Assembly: GCA_028023455.1 (NCBI GenBank)
Contig: JAQFVV010000001.1
Location: forward strand, 10,416,001 to 10,480,000
DNA length: 64,000 bases
Reading direction: 5' to 3'
Source: Epiperipatus broadwayi
Taxonomy: Eukaryota; Animalia; Onychophora
Shown: one piece after another, positions 1 to 18,458 of the stretch
Numbering within the stretch: the first letter of the stretch is position 1
Layout: each line of letters begins with the position of its first letter
The notes under the pieces: generated by a model
What the model saw: the letters and a program-made list of their open reading frames with translations, nothing else
Told to the model about the DNA's origin: nothing
Database searches by the model: none
Translations under genes and position numbers: made by a program

Positions 1-3000
1 TTTTTGTTAGTGTGTAGATATAAAAACTAATCTTATTTTGAAATAATAAATGTAACAAAACAAAAAAAAATAATAATACCCGACTAATTTTATTTTTCGG
101 ATAAGTAATTCCTAATAATTAGACAGTGGGTTGTTTTTGTTTGTGCGTATATATATATAGCAAAAGTAACTGGTCATGGACGAATTCTCGCGAAAACGGT
201 ACTTTTCGTGTGATCCTTTATTTTTTTTCCCTTTCGTACCTTTAAAAGCAATTTTTGAGGATTACCCCTTTGTAATGGAATCTTCAGGACATTATTACTA
301 AACTTACAACAGTAAAGTAAGTTACAACCCATTAAAAAAAATAGACGTCTTATCAAATTTAAAAAAACTATGACTGCTTCAAAGACACACACTCTCACAC
401 GAAACTACAGAGAAAATAGATATTCTACTATTACGAGAAAATGATGAACAAAATCGACTACTATGGCAGCCGATCAAGGCATTTCTTTCTCTTTGCTTTT
501 AGCATAGAAAAAAAGCCATAACCGGCAGCCATCGGGAACTCTTTCTGTGTTTTATCATAGAAAGAAGTCTCTTTGTGTTGGCTTCTGTCGCCGCGCCTCC
601 TCCGTCCAACATAACATGAGGACTTTTCTGCGTTTATAACGTAGAAAAATTCCTCTTTGGCTGGGTGAAGGCTGATGAAATGGTATATTTCTAGGAATAA
701 GGCGAACACCAAGGATGAGAAAACAACCAAATAAATTCACCCTCTCGAATACATAAACTAATAAGAGAATATGTTTTTACTTTTTTTGTTGTTAGAAGTT
801 GATTAAAAATTATTACTTTAAATAAATTAAGTCATAGCATATTACACAAGGAAAAACTAAATGTCTTCAATGACACTTTTGTCTATTTTTGTCAATATTC
901 ACAATTTCAATAAAAAAACTTAATAACAAACATTGTTTGAGAAATATAATCTTACATGTTCATCTAGGTTTGAAAGATTATCTTCATCTTCAAGTGTAAA
1001 ATGGTTAGTTAATAGCTACAAAAAAAAAAAAAAAACATAACTGAAAAAAAATTCTGCATCATAATATCACCAATTAAACAATGTATTTATTCTTTTTCAT
1101 TTGGAAATAATAAACCATAAATGTATATAAAATTAAGTACAGAAATCATACTAAAATATAATAACATTTATATGATTATATATTGATATATGTTAAAGTG
1201 CAGTTTTTCAGGAAGCAACAAATTTAAAAGAGTATTATTTGAGTTCATCTATGTGTAGCAATAGTATTGTTAATTGCCCATGCATAATGTTGAATAATAT
1301 ACCTTATATATATTTGAAACAAAGATAAGTTTAGAAAAAAAAAAATTGGATTTCACCATTAAATAGATCTTTCCCAGAAATAAAAATATCTCCAAATAAG
1401 AATATGAAAAGTTTGAAAATCTTTTTCAAAGATTCCTCTTATTACTAATCCCATAAGAACAGTACTCTTGATATTTTATTTAATCAAACATCTTGCAAAT
1501 TGAATACAATATTTTTCAATAAAACCTCAGATCATTGCTTTATTTTTCTCATATATTCAGGATTAGATCAATGAATAACTTTTTAGGAATGTTGTCTAGA
1601 AATATTTAAATTTGTGATAAAAATACTCTAAAGACAATTTCTCTTGCAGTAATATATTCTACTAATAAATAGTGTCTCCAAGTAAACAAAAACACTCACA
1701 TTATACTTCTGAATATTCAACTAAATATTAAATATTATAAAAAAATATTGTAAGCCCATTTAAATCCACCTTATTTTACTAGTTTTTTTTTATCCTTTCA
1801 CATACTTCTCCACTTAACATAAGAATACAAATTGCATTACAAAAAAATGTATAAAAATATATTATGTAAATCAGAGTTACCATTGACCTAAGATAAACTT
1901 TCACCACCTATATATGATATGTTTCAAATTTAAGTCTCCCTTTCAAAATTCTCACTTAAAAATTCCTTTAATTGACCAAAGAATTATGAGTGCAATAATT
2001 TTTATGAAGCCCTAAACAATTAAACAGTTAAACCAAGTGGATGTGATATGCTTAGATATTACTGGAATCTCATGACAGATTCAAAACTATCTATCTCTGA
2101 TTACTTAATTCAGAAATGAAATTTAAGTCTCTAATTTATGTAACTGTGGACAAGCACAAACCACAAACTTAATAAACTGTCAAATCTAGGCATACAATAG
2201 TAAAATTAAAAAACTAAATAAAGCTATTCATGAATCTATATTAAAAAGATTTTTAAAAATTTCCAATGTTTTTTTTTTTATGTCTTTATTCTTCCAAATA
2301 TCCATTCAGTGAATTACCAGTACATATGACTAATTTCATCAAATAATTGTGTTTTAGAGACTACCTCAGTGAAATTATTTAATAATAAAATGAATTGTTG
2401 TATATTTAGGGTGCTTGAAATCCCAAATCTATCTCAACAATGGTTTTTGCTATATATATGAGTATATGTGTGGACATCCAGATAGTTCCTACTGTTATTT
2501 GGATAATGCTAAAGTCATAAAAATCATCTTTAACTTTCTACATATTTCACATTATTTATTAGTTTATTGCTAGCCAGTACACTTCTGGTTCCATGTAGCT
2601 CAGGGCATTGATAATCATCAATATTGCTATAATGATCCCAGCAATTTTGACAGATATAGGATTACTTTTATAATTACTATTAGCATCTATGTGTATGCAT
2701 GCAGATGAAATACTGATGATTGCTTTTATAATATGTGCTAAGTTTCGTATTGGCTTGATGATGATAAGCTTGAGATTTATATTGTGTATCACTTTTAATT
2801 CCAGTGACAGAAGATAACTATTAACTTCCAAATAGTGATTAGTACTAATGTTGTCATATTATTACTTGTAATGGCTTCTAATATTGATATTTGCTCAATT
2901 TGTATTTTCAGTAAAAATAGGTATGCTTTTGTTGTTGACAATTTTTGGAGGATGATGATTTTCCAGAACTACTTATGACACCAAACCTCATACCATTACA

Positions 3001-4744
3001 ATATATTAGTTTGAATCTCTGATTCTTTTACAAAGTTTATTCGTAGTTAGCGGTCTAAAAAAAATCCATATGCTGTCACAATTTAACTTTTGGGCTCAAT
3101 AATATATCAGAATGCATGAAAACTAAAACTTTTTGCAAGACTAAAAGTTCCAATGTATATATACATAGTGCTGTCCCTTTAGTTCTATCTAAGATCACAA
3201 TGTCATTTAAAAGTAAACACAAGGAAACATCAATCCAGCATTATAGTCATTCTAAAATTATATAATTCCTATTATTATTTCTTAGATACTGTTACATTGA
3301 CAGAAATGATAGTGAAAACTAATTTAGCCCAGAAACTAAAAGAAAGATTTTACTCTAATAGGTTGCATAAAATATATCTTATTTACTTTTTGAATCTCAA
3401 TGAGACAATTAATACTATTGGCAAAGCCAGCATTATCTGTCATCCGTCAAACAATAATATCAGTCTACATATAAACATAAATATAAGGGATATAAGCTGA
3501 GCACTGATTATATATAAGCTGAGCACTAATTAAATATATGTGTGGGAGATGATAATCTAAACCAACCGATGAGTGCTGGTTCAGTATGAAATAGGTATAT
3601 TAGTGATTATTTATCTTTTCTATCAGAGTGTGATCATATATATCAGTAGTAAGAGATAATGTGGCTAGTTTGAAGGTTGCTTGAAAGTCTGAATTCAAAT
3701 CTCCTATATTTACAATTGAGTTCCAAGTATAAGAATGCCTGTATTTCAAAGTCTATAAACATAAAGTATATACTGTACATGCTTTTTGAAATTCGCTAAC
3801 AATAGAAATCTTTATTTAAAATTGGGATCCTTGTGTTAATGAAACTTTTCTCATCTATTTTTTTCTTCAATACAATGACAAACTTTAATGCCGTCTATCA
3901 AGAGGAAGCTCTGTAGTCATAAATATTGAGATACATACATCTTAAAAAAAATTACGCAGAATATATTGAATACGGAATATATTGAATAATAATACACAAT
4001 AAAATTAAATGAATTATGGTTGATCCTTTCTAAATACAAGATATTTATGAAACTTCTCCACACTCATCTTAATCGTTCACTCAAAAGATAACAAAACTAA
4101 AGCAACAAAAACTAAGTTTTATAAATCTTTACTAGGAATCAATGGTAGAATTAGTAAACTAGTTATCTACATTGTACTGACTAACGACAAATTTACAGCA
4201 ATGAATGAAAAGCTCAATTATATGTTTGTAACTTTTAACAGAAATTACTATATTTATGAGTTTAACAATCTTTTATTAAATCCTGATATAGTCAACACTT
4301 CTTTCGTTTAAAATGAACTTTTTATTCACTTAGTGTTGAAAAAATTGCTTTAATTTTATATCTAAAAAAATTCTATATTTTAAAAAATATAACTATTATG
4401 GACAAGCTAAAACTTGAAAACTTTTTTTACTCTGTTGCAATTAAATTCATTATCCATACTACAGTTAATATACTTAAAAATCATAATATACAAAATCATG
4501 TACAGTACTTTAAAAAACTAATGACAGTACAGTATAACTTTTTCTTTTTTTATCACAAACCTCTAATATGATGCAAGCTCTTACAAATTACAGTACACTG
4601 ACAAATTAGTAAATAGTTTTACTCGATTTCAAATGCATTTCTTGAATCTTATTCTGCAAAAGATAATATAGTCAAAACATTGCTATTAGAACTTAAAATT
4701 CAAGAAAGTAGGATGAGATGTATCTATTCTTTTTAACAAGGACA

Positions 4745-6398
4745 ATGAGATCATCATCATCGTCAACCATTGTCAATCCACTGCAGGATGAATGTCTCTC
4801 CAAGTTCAATCCATCTTCTTTGATCTTTAGCTTCTCTTCTCCACATCACCCCTGCAAACTTTCTTATTTCATCTATCCATCTCACATGTGGTCTCTTTCT
4901 GGGTCTTTTACAATCTCTTGAAATCCTGTTTAAGATCTCAATTGTCCATCTATTAGCATCTCTTCTAGCAATATGTCCAGCCCAACTCCATTTCAGTCTT
5001 TTAATTTTTTCAATGAGGTCTGTAACTCCTGTTTGTTCTTTTACCCATATATTGCAATTTTGATCTCTTCTTGTTACTCCTGTCATGCATCTTTCCATAC
5101 TTCTTTGAATTGTCTGAAGTCTTTGTATTGCTCTTCTATTAAATGTCCAAGTCTCAAATCCATAAGTAAGAACTGGTAAAACACATTTATTAAAAACCAT
5201 CCTTTTCAAACACATAGGCATATTTCCATTTAGTATCAAGTTATTTCTACCAAATGCACTCCAACCAAGTTTAATTCTATGATTAATTTAATCCATTATG
5301 TTCCCATCTGTATTAATAATCTGATCAAGGTATTTGTAGCTGTTAACTTCTTCTAACTCATCACAATCAATCTTTATTTTCATATTTTGAAAAAACCCAT
5401 TAAACATTACTTTAGTCTCTTTAACATTTATCTTTAGTCCTACTTTCCTACTTTCATCTGATACTCCTGCAACGTTTCCTGCAGCTCTAAAGCATTATTT
5501 GCAAAAACAACTACATCATCTGGAAAATTTAAATGACTTAAATAATCTCCATCTACTTTCACTCCTTTAGCTTCCCATTTTAATCCACAAAATACTTCTT
5601 GCAGCACTACTGTAAAAAGTTGTATAGATATGGAGTCACCCTGTCTTACACCCTTCTCAATGTTGACTTGCCTAGTAGCATTATGTAATCTAATTGTTGC
5701 TGTTGCATTTTTATAAATATTCTTAAAATATGACAACATCCTGGATCTATACCTTGATGACCAATGCTTTAATCACTGAAGAAATATTTATAGAATCAAA
5801 TGCCTTTTCGTAATCTAACAAATCCAAAGCTTAATGGCAACTCATATTCATTTGTCCTTGCTATAACTTCTCTCAATACCTGGATAAGATTTACTGTACT
5901 AAAACCACTTTTAAATCCAGTTTGTTCTCTTGGTTGGTGGAATTCCAATGTTCTCTGTAGACGAGTTGTAATTATCTTGGTAAAAATTTTGTATAAAACT
6001 GATAAAAAGCTTATAGGTCTGTAATTTTTAATATCTTCTTTATCATCTTTTTCAAATATTAATATTAAAATTGCATTCTTCCAACCATCTGGTACATCTT
6101 TATCATTTAGACATTTAGTATATAACTTTGCTAAAAAAAATTCTATTTCTTCACCTGCTTCTTTTAATATATCAATTATAATTCCATCATTACCTGGAGC
6201 CTTTCTTTTCTTCATAAATTTAATTGCATGTCTCACTTCTTCATTTAAAATTCTGGGCAACTCGGAAAATATAATAGATATAGGATGTACTTGTTCTTTA
6301 TTATTATATAATTCTTGATAGAAGTCTTCTACCCATTTCATGATGTCATCTCTCTTTTTAGTAATAATTCCATCTTTTTTTCTTATTGCAGATATAAA
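4745..6398 (-). mobile_element. RTE-clade LINE, 5'-truncated (RT domain to 3' end), frameshifted
   Basis: Minus ORFs contain KAPGNDGI, NYRPISFLSVLYKIFTKI, EQTGFKSGFST, GVRQGDSIS, FPDDVVVF, LKWSWAGHIARR, KRPRKRPHVRWIDEI; short (GAT)n tail at ~4750. Confidence 0.92.
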
Positions 6399-6580
6399 TT
6401 TACTACTAATACCAAAATACAAAAATGATGCATTAAAAAGGATTGAATATCTCAAAGTTTGTAAAATGGTGGGAAAAAGAGTTGAAAATGATATAAGAAA
6501 GTATGAATTAGCAAAGAAGGTTGTAAAAGAGAATAAAAGTCTCAAGAGTGACAATGAGATGAACAAATGCAATATCCTTG
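6399..6580 (+). mobile_element. Inverted 5' segment of the same RTE copy
   Basis: Plus ORF ENDIRKYELAKKVVKENKSLK matches the second copy's NNDIRKYNCELARKSIEENKNLK, which directly precedes ISAIRRKDG. Confidence 0.75.
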
Positions 6581-6629
6581 AAGGCTGGGATTATAGACCA
6601 CTGGTATAAATAAATAATTTAAGACATAT

Positions 6630-10990
<4,361 letters not shown>

Positions 10991-11879
10991 TTTTATCTCT
11001 CATGTTTGTATGAATTTTATAAAAAGTTCATTCACACACATTCATAATGTCATTATAAAAATAATTAAATAGTTTATTGCTTGGGAATTCATAAAATGTT
11101 TGAGCAGTGAAAGTGACTGAATTGAACCTGCAATCCATAAACCTTGAACTCCAGAGTATGTCATTCTTCATACAAGTAACATAGTGAGATAATGAAAAAA
11201 TAAATATTGTATTCTGATAGGATTAGCTTCTGTATAACATTTTTCTCTTAATAAAATACTGTATTTTCAATTTATCAGTTAGATTGTGGATAAAAAAAAT
11301 ACCTTTGTTTGCAGAAAAAAAATCTTTACTAGGTTTTTTTGCTGCTATTGTTGATGTTATTTACAATAATATTATAATTGACTAAGATATTTACTACAAC
11401 AGTTTCAAACTGTAATTCTAAACAGAAGGTAACCATACATGTGCTATACGCCATATTAAGCAACACTGTTTTGATGACTATGGAGAAATTCTTGATCCAA
11501 ACCACATGATAGAGACGTTTAAAAGATAAGAGTGGCCAACTTATTTTTGTACTTACAGTATATGTGTAGTAGTTGATTACCATCCGTTTAGATTTACAAT
11601 AATAAATTCCAAATGAAAAGTAAACCAATTTCTTCTCCATAAGTGATGGATAAATAACACTCTTATGTCACCAAATGATGAATTCATTTATTCTTTCAGC
11701 TTTCAATCTTTTTAAGTTTTTATTTGCTGGATATTGCATCAAATTCAGAATGGAAATTATATATTAGCCTTTAATTATTTTGAAACCACAAAACGGAATC
11801 TTATTTTTAACTGCCTATATACAATAATCAAATATCAGTTTGTTAATGTAAATATTAAATATAGACGAATAACACTAAA

Positions 11880-12660
11880 TATGTCAGCAAACAATAAAAA
11901 ATAATTCTTCTATTCTTTAAGCTTTCAATGTTTATAAGTTTTCATTTGTTAACATAGTTTATAAATACTGAAGACTGAAAGAATACATAAATTTACTCTA
12001 TTCGTTATCATTTACTGGTTTACAAGTGTTATTTATTTATAACTTAAGAGTGTTGATTTATTACTGTTTGGATTTCATATTTTAATAAGCATATTTGATA
12101 TTTATATTTATAAATTACTATTTCATTACTGTTATGAAAGTTGTTAAAAATAATATTCAGTCTCTATCTTCTATCTGAACAATTATAATTTTAAAATGAT
12201 TAATGTTTTGTTTAAAGCAGACTAATATTTAGTTACCACTGTGATTTACTATTAATGTCAGCAAATGAAAGCTTATAAAGATGAAAAGATGAATAAAATA
12301 AGTAAATTCATTCTATTCTTTATTAGTTGCTAATATATAAATGTTATTTGTATAAAACTTATAAAAGACATCGTTTACTTCCATTTGGAATTTATATACT
12401 TATTTGATATTTACATTTATAAACTGATATTTGCTTACTGTTATAGAGTTTTGTTAAAATGAGATTCAGTCTCTATTGCCTACTTAAACAATATATTTTT
12501 CAAAATGATTAATCATGCTAATTAGATAATTTCCTCTGTGAATTTCTACAATGTCAGCAAACTGAAAACTTATTAAAATTGAAAGCTGAAAAATAGATAA
12601 AATTCTTTCTATTTTTTCATCGTTTAATAATGTATGTGATATTTATTCATAGCTTATTGA
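11880..12660. repeat. Degenerate ~300-370 bp tandem repeat with an inverted part
   Basis: aatgtcagcaaa recurs at ~11882, 12258, 12552; block at ~12090-12200 repeated at ~12400-12510. Confidence 0.55.
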
Positions 12661-12867
12661 AAAATTAGTTTATTTTCTGCTTGGATCTAACATACATGAA
12701 GCTATGTATATTTGATAATAATAAACTCAAACATTTATTTCCTTTATATAAAATCTCTAAACTAAAATAATAATAAAATATATAGTAATAATTCAATATA
12801 AATCTTAAATATCTATTTGTAAATCTAAGGTGGAATATTTCCATCAACTAGAATTAAGTGTCAAATG

Positions 12868-12960
12868 TCCTGCATGGTTTGGCATAGTGGTAGAAAGTCC
12901 GACTTGGAACTGAAAGATCCCTGGATTGATTCTAGTGCTTGCAGATCTGGTGCTCAAATT
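12868..12960 (+). mobile_element. tRNA-like SINE head (degenerate)
   Basis: A-box-like TGGCATAGTGG, B-box-like GGATTGATTC. Confidence 0.4.
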
Positions 12961-13039
12961 TCTTACAAACTCCTGAGTAATAAAGCTATATGCCTTTTTT
13001 TAAATGTCAAATATTTTTAGAAAAATTCAAACTTTATTT

Positions 13040-13502
13040 AAATGAGATATTTATTTAATATAGCAATATGTTTTTATAAATTGTAATAGTAATAATAATC
13101 AGCCATTAAGCTAATGCACATGTGCTTTGTGGATTTTTTAACTATAAATTAATACTCTTACTTCCAAACACAAGATAAAGTCTTTATGAAAAGATAGAAT
13201 GAATCCATCTATTCTTTCAACCCAAACATTTATGTATGGGCAAATCTTAAGCATTTTGGAATGAGAGGATGTTAAATGATTACTTTAAATTACTTTACAA
13301 TGCCTGAATAAATGACATTTGGGTTGAAAAGATAGATGGTATCATTTTATCTTTTCACAAAGACTTTATCTTGTGTTTGGAAGCGAGAGTATTCATTTAT
13401 AGTTTAAAAAATCCACAAAGCGCATGTGCATTAGCTTAATGGCTGATTATTAATATTACAGTTTATAAAAACATAGCATTATATTAAATAAATATCTCAT
13501 TT
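13040..13502. mobile_element. Palindromic (fold-back) repeat family; further pieces at 13565-13756 and 45984-46345
   Basis: aatcagccattaagctaatgcacatg ... catgtgcattagcttaatggctgatt; same blocks recur at 46 kb. Confidence 0.85.
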
Positions 13503-13754
13503 ACATATGTTTAATTTCAAATAAAAATGATGTATCATAAATTCTAGAAAATTTCACATCATTCTTTCAGGTATAGTAAAAGTAATTTAAAGTGATTGCT
13601 TAACATCTTCATGCCCTCATTCTCAAATGCTTAAGCTTTTCCCATACATAAACGTTTGGGTTGAAAGGATAGATGGATTCATTCTATCTTTTCACAAAGA
13701 CTTTCTCTTGTGCTTGGAAGTGAGAGTATTCATTTATACTTAAAAAATCCACAA

Positions 13755-14240
13755 ACTTTATTTAAATTTTTTATATTCATTCAAGCATTATTTATTACTA
13801 ATATATAACTTATTAATAGTGATATTATTCTCCTCTCTCTTCCAGGAATTGCAGGCTTGACCAATGCTATTAATAGCATGGAAAATTGAACATGGGACCT
13901 TTAGATTAAAGAATATTAAATTTAAGATGATGATCTAACCAACTAGGCTATTCTGTTAAAGACAACAACAGAATAGTGATTGGTTAGAGCATCATCTTAA
14001 ATTTAAAATTTATAAACCTAAAAGTTCCATGTTCAATTCCCATTCTACTACTGTGTCACTGGTCAGACCAGCAATACCTGAAAAAGAGAGACTACTACTC
14101 TTAATGAGTCATATATTAATCTCTATGCTATTACTAATAGTTGAATATATATGAAACATTTAAATAAAGATTGAATTTTCCTAAAGACATTTAATAATTA
14201 ATTCTAGACAATGGAAATAGTCTAGCATATTATTACAAAT
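13755..14240. mobile_element. Head-to-head pair of a tRNA-headed SINE-like element with HHR-like remnant (family C)
   Basis: Inverted symmetry about 13958-13966; A box tagtgattggttagagc, B box gttcaattcc; homologous to 40465-40840. Confidence 0.7.
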
Positions 14241-14492
14241 AAAATATCTATGTATTAAAAATTATTCCTAAAAATGTTGTATTTACTTTTATAGAAATAT
14301 TTTATATTTCAAATTATCATCATTACTTACAATAATAAGAGCTACTAACTCATACTTTTCTGGAATGATCACAGGATAACATAAAACTAAAAAAAAAATA
14401 ATAATTTTAAAAAAAAACATTTTTTTTAAATGTACAAATTATTGCATATTTAAATCAATTAAATTAACAAAAAGATCCTATAGAAATTAAAA

Positions 14493-14783
14493 CATCCCAC
14501 TATTGGACAAAAGTCTCTTCAAAAAGTTGAGAACAGAAGTAGACTACGGCAGTGAAACTTTTATGGTTTTTCTCCCAAACTTTACTCTATATTAAGATTA
14601 GCTAAATGTTCATTTCCTTACCAATACTCGATGACTAGTTGGCATATGGATTAGTAACTTGAGAAAACATTAATCTATTTAAGTATTTTTTCAGTTTTCT
14701 GTAAAATTTCTTGAGTCCTCTCTTCAGACTTGAATCCTACATGCTATATATATAGCAAGGTAAACCACTAACCACTACATTGT
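14493..14783 (-). mobile_element. tRNA-derived SINE with RTE-like 3' end
   Basis: Minus strand gtagtggttag (A box), ggattcaagtc (B box); plus-strand catcccactattggacaaaagtctctt resembles the RTE terminus atccactgcaggatgaatgtctctcc. Confidence 0.5.
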
Positions 14784-15149
14784 GAAATATTTATACACAG
14801 AAAGCAAATTATTTTGCACATATAAAAAAAACTCTGAATTTATATTTATTAAATAATCCTTATAAAATATTCAAAAAATTAAATTCCAAGAAAAAAAATT
14901 ATTTTCAGTAAGTTCTAAAAAAAATTACTGAATAATTTTAATTTTAACTTTTAAGAGATAAAATAGATAAAAATTTATATTTAGAAAGATTTTTTTTAAA
15001 AAAAGTTTTAAACATTTTTGTTAAATTTTGTTTAAATTAATTAAAAGTGATTTTCTTTCTTTCATCTTTATCTCTCCCAAATAATAGGCAGTGTTTTCAA
15101 ATCAAAGTTAATTGAGAAATTATGCTAATTTCAGCAAAAGAGAAAATAA

Positions 15150-16100
15150 CTGCAGAGAAATTTGTTCTTATGGTAAAAATTTGGTCCTAATTTAAATTGC
15201 ACTCTCCATCATTTTGAATTCTAAGGACTGGCCAAAATCACCACTGACACATCCAAGCAATAAATGACAACAAATAATCCAACCGGGGTTGCTTGGTTGT
15301 GTCAACAGTAGTTTTGATGGGCTCTTACAATTCAAAATGATAGTGAGTGCACTCTAACTACTAAAAGCTTATAACTTATAAAATATGAATTTTATTACAA
15401 TAATGGCTGCCAAAGTAGGCATGGTCAGAAGGATGTTTTCGATAATACAAAGTATTGTCCAAAAATGTAGAAGACTGATCAAATCAAGCTTATAATTTCA
15501 AAATATGAAAAGCTTATAATTTCTGAAATATGAATTTTATTGTGCGAAGAGCAAAAGTATATGGGGAAAAAGATATTTTCGATGATATGAAATATTGTCC
15601 AAAAAATGTAGAAGTCCGATCAAACCAAGCTTATAATTTCAAAATACTAAAAGCTTATAACTTCTAAAATACAAATTTTATTACAATATATGACTAAAAC
15701 CACATGTTGAAAATAAAGCATATTAATTTTATAATTAATCTATTTTTTTCTTACCAAAAAGAAACTGATGTTGCATGCTCTCTTTGTTACATATTAGAAA
15801 AAAATGAAGATAAGAAAGAATTTACCATTGTTCACATTTGATCTTATGTGGATATTAGATCTACACTTGATTATGTGGGGTTCTTACAAAATTTGAACTT
15901 TAATTTTTTAATTATTGATGTAAATTGTGATTTTGTAATGAATGATCATATCATGACCATCTGCATGTTATTCAATGTCATTTATCACTTGGATGTGTCA
16001 GCAATGGTTTTGTGAGGTCCTTAGAATTTAAAATGGCTGTGAGCACATTCTAAATTGGTACCTGGAATTTTTTATTTTTGACATGTTTTGCAATTTTAAT
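15150..16100. mobile_element. Non-autonomous TIR element with internal ~143-bp tandem repeat (15363-15695, ~2.3 copies)
   Basis: cattttgaattctaaggac..ctgacacatccaag..taaatgaca at ~15208 is inverted at ~15975-16040; aaaagcttataa units at ~15363, 15508, 15649. Confidence 0.6.
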
Positions 16101-16232
16101 TTTGAAGGAGGAAAATTCTTTTGTAAAAAATAAACCTAATTAAACAGGGTGAAATTTTGTCAGGCTAGAGACCAGATATGATTTGATGGACACAAGATTG
16201 TTCCAGATAAATGAGATAGGTGAGTAAGTAAA

Positions 16233-16318
16233 TCAGTAGACCTCATTGTCTTGTAAGGAGTAGTCATTCTTAATCAAGTTGATGAAGAAGTCAGTAGGAG
16301 CTGTTATTCCTGATTCAG
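16233..16318 (-). CDS. Candidate terminal coding exon (x)ESGITAPTDFFINLIKNDYSLQDNEVY*; unidentified
   Basis: Strong acceptor ttttgtttcctccaacAG; only one open frame; no protein family recognised. Confidence 0.25.
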
Positions 16319-18458
16319 CTGTTGGAGGAAACAAAATCAAATGTTTAACTGTGGAAATACACTACCAGTCAAAAAAATTATTTCAAAATTAAAATTATAA
16401 AAATCTATGTGCTAAGCTTATCTAAAAGCTGAGCATCATCAAACCTCAACTATGTAACCTGATCATTAAAAAAATGTAGAGTGCCCAAAGTCTCCATCCA
16501 AAATCATGAGTGTCTTTATGTGTTTTAGCCTGACATGAAAAATTATTACCCATAAATAATGAGACTGCAAAAATAAATAAATTCAGCCTTGAAACCTGAA
16601 AATATTGTATAGCAAAAAATGGATAAATTAATTATGTATATTATCCTAGAAGTATATGTTAATGGAGAAGCTTTAAGGAAAATAAACAACAAGAAAAACT
16701 GAAAATTACAATTAGCAAAGAAGAACTCAAAAAAAAATCCAAAACAAAAGGTTCTTAAAGTGCACATTATAGATAAAAATGTATAGAAATAATTCTTGGT
16801 AATATTGAATAATTCTCATTAATTTAACATTTTCTTTTGAAATGTGTTTTATTTTTGATTTTCCCCTCCAAAGTGATAAACAGCCAATTTACAATTTCCT
16901 TATCTCTGACGATGAAAACTTATTTCCAATTTTAATTATTGAAAGAAAAATGACTTGATGAAAGTCAAAGTTAATTAATTTAATGAATAAAATCAACTGA
17001 TTAGTCATATTAGATATAGGAAATCATATTTTTTGATAAAATGTATTTTAGTATGAATTACCATGTCATTTTCTTTTTTTAATTATTAAGCAGTCAGTTT
17101 ATTAAATAATTGTTTAAAAATATTTTTAATGTCTTTATTCCTCCAGCTATTTGTTCTATGAATATGCAGTGTATGACTTAATTTTCTAATAGCAAAGTGA
17201 TTTTTAAATTATCTCTTTGGGATTATTTAAAACCAAGTATAACAGTGATTATATTTATCTTTTTCTTGTTCACAATTAGTCCCTAGAGTTTTATGATCTT
17301 AAGCTAGCTCTAGAGAAAAATAATGGTTAGTTATATTAATGTAGGTTTTGTTTGTTGAACTCTGGATGGCACAATTATCACCTTTAAAGTCCATCCATTG
17401 CATTTGTTTTATTAGAAATTCAGCTATTGTTGACCTGTACACTCATGGTAACATATGACCAGAACATTGAGCATCATAGCATTTTTATTGTGATTGATTG
17501 GCACTTAAAAATGTGCATCCAGAAGATTGCATTATATTTTGCACTGTGTTTGCAATGGGATGTGTTACATAATTAGCCTGTTCATAATGTACCTCTTTTA
17601 AATCCAATCATAAGGCACGACTTGATTTGATTATTATTGTCTAATGTTGGGTTATGCAGTTTATAACTTATTACTGTTATACCTACTATATTATTTTATG
17701 CTCATTCTCTGTTCTTATTCATACTTTATTTATGTTAAATAGTATGCAAATCACAAAATTGAACAAAATATTCACACACAAAAAATTAAGTAATTAAATA
17801 TGAAATTAGTTTTAATGCATTCTAACATTTTTCTGATTTAAACTTAAATAGAGTTATATTAAAATTTGATTCCTCAACAGAAAAAATGATTTGTAAAAAA
17901 AATCTATTTGAAATTAATAATGATTTAAACACTGAATATAAAATAAGAAAAATCTATATAAAACTATTACAATATATTATCAAGTCATGGCAGTTCTTAT
18001 CAGTATATTCTTCATCTCAACTCCATTGTATTACAATCATTTACCAGCCCAAAAACTCAGACTACCTCTTCATCATATATTACATGCATTTCATGAATAA
18101 TTCTAAATTACTATATGCACTTCATAAATAATCTTTACTCTGAGGTAGAGTTATAAAGCACCTGAATCCCTATATAGTTTGTGTTAATAGTTCAATATTT
18201 TTTCCATTACATTATTTTTTTCAAGATAAAAACTGTGAATGGTTAAAAAAAATAATCATGGCATTAGATATTTTCATTCTTTTGAAGGATTTTTATCAGT
18301 ACATCCTTATCTCAATTGCACCTTATTACAATCATTTCACTAATGCAAAAACGTTTTATTATATTAAATTGATCAGATCATGGAAATTAAACTAGAAGTT
18401 TATCTCTATGGTTATACTATATGTGTGTAATATTTGAATACAAATATAATGCATATAC

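Noticed and set aside
2560-3000. Hydrophobic multi-TM-like broken frame
   Set aside because: Multiple stops, no recognisable family; AT-rich DNA readily gives such translations
16164-16219. Plus-strand 56-nt exon candidate (LETRYDLMDTRLFQINEI) with AG|GTGAGT donor
   Set aside because: Weak acceptor, lies next to the competing minus-strand candidate, no partner exons identified
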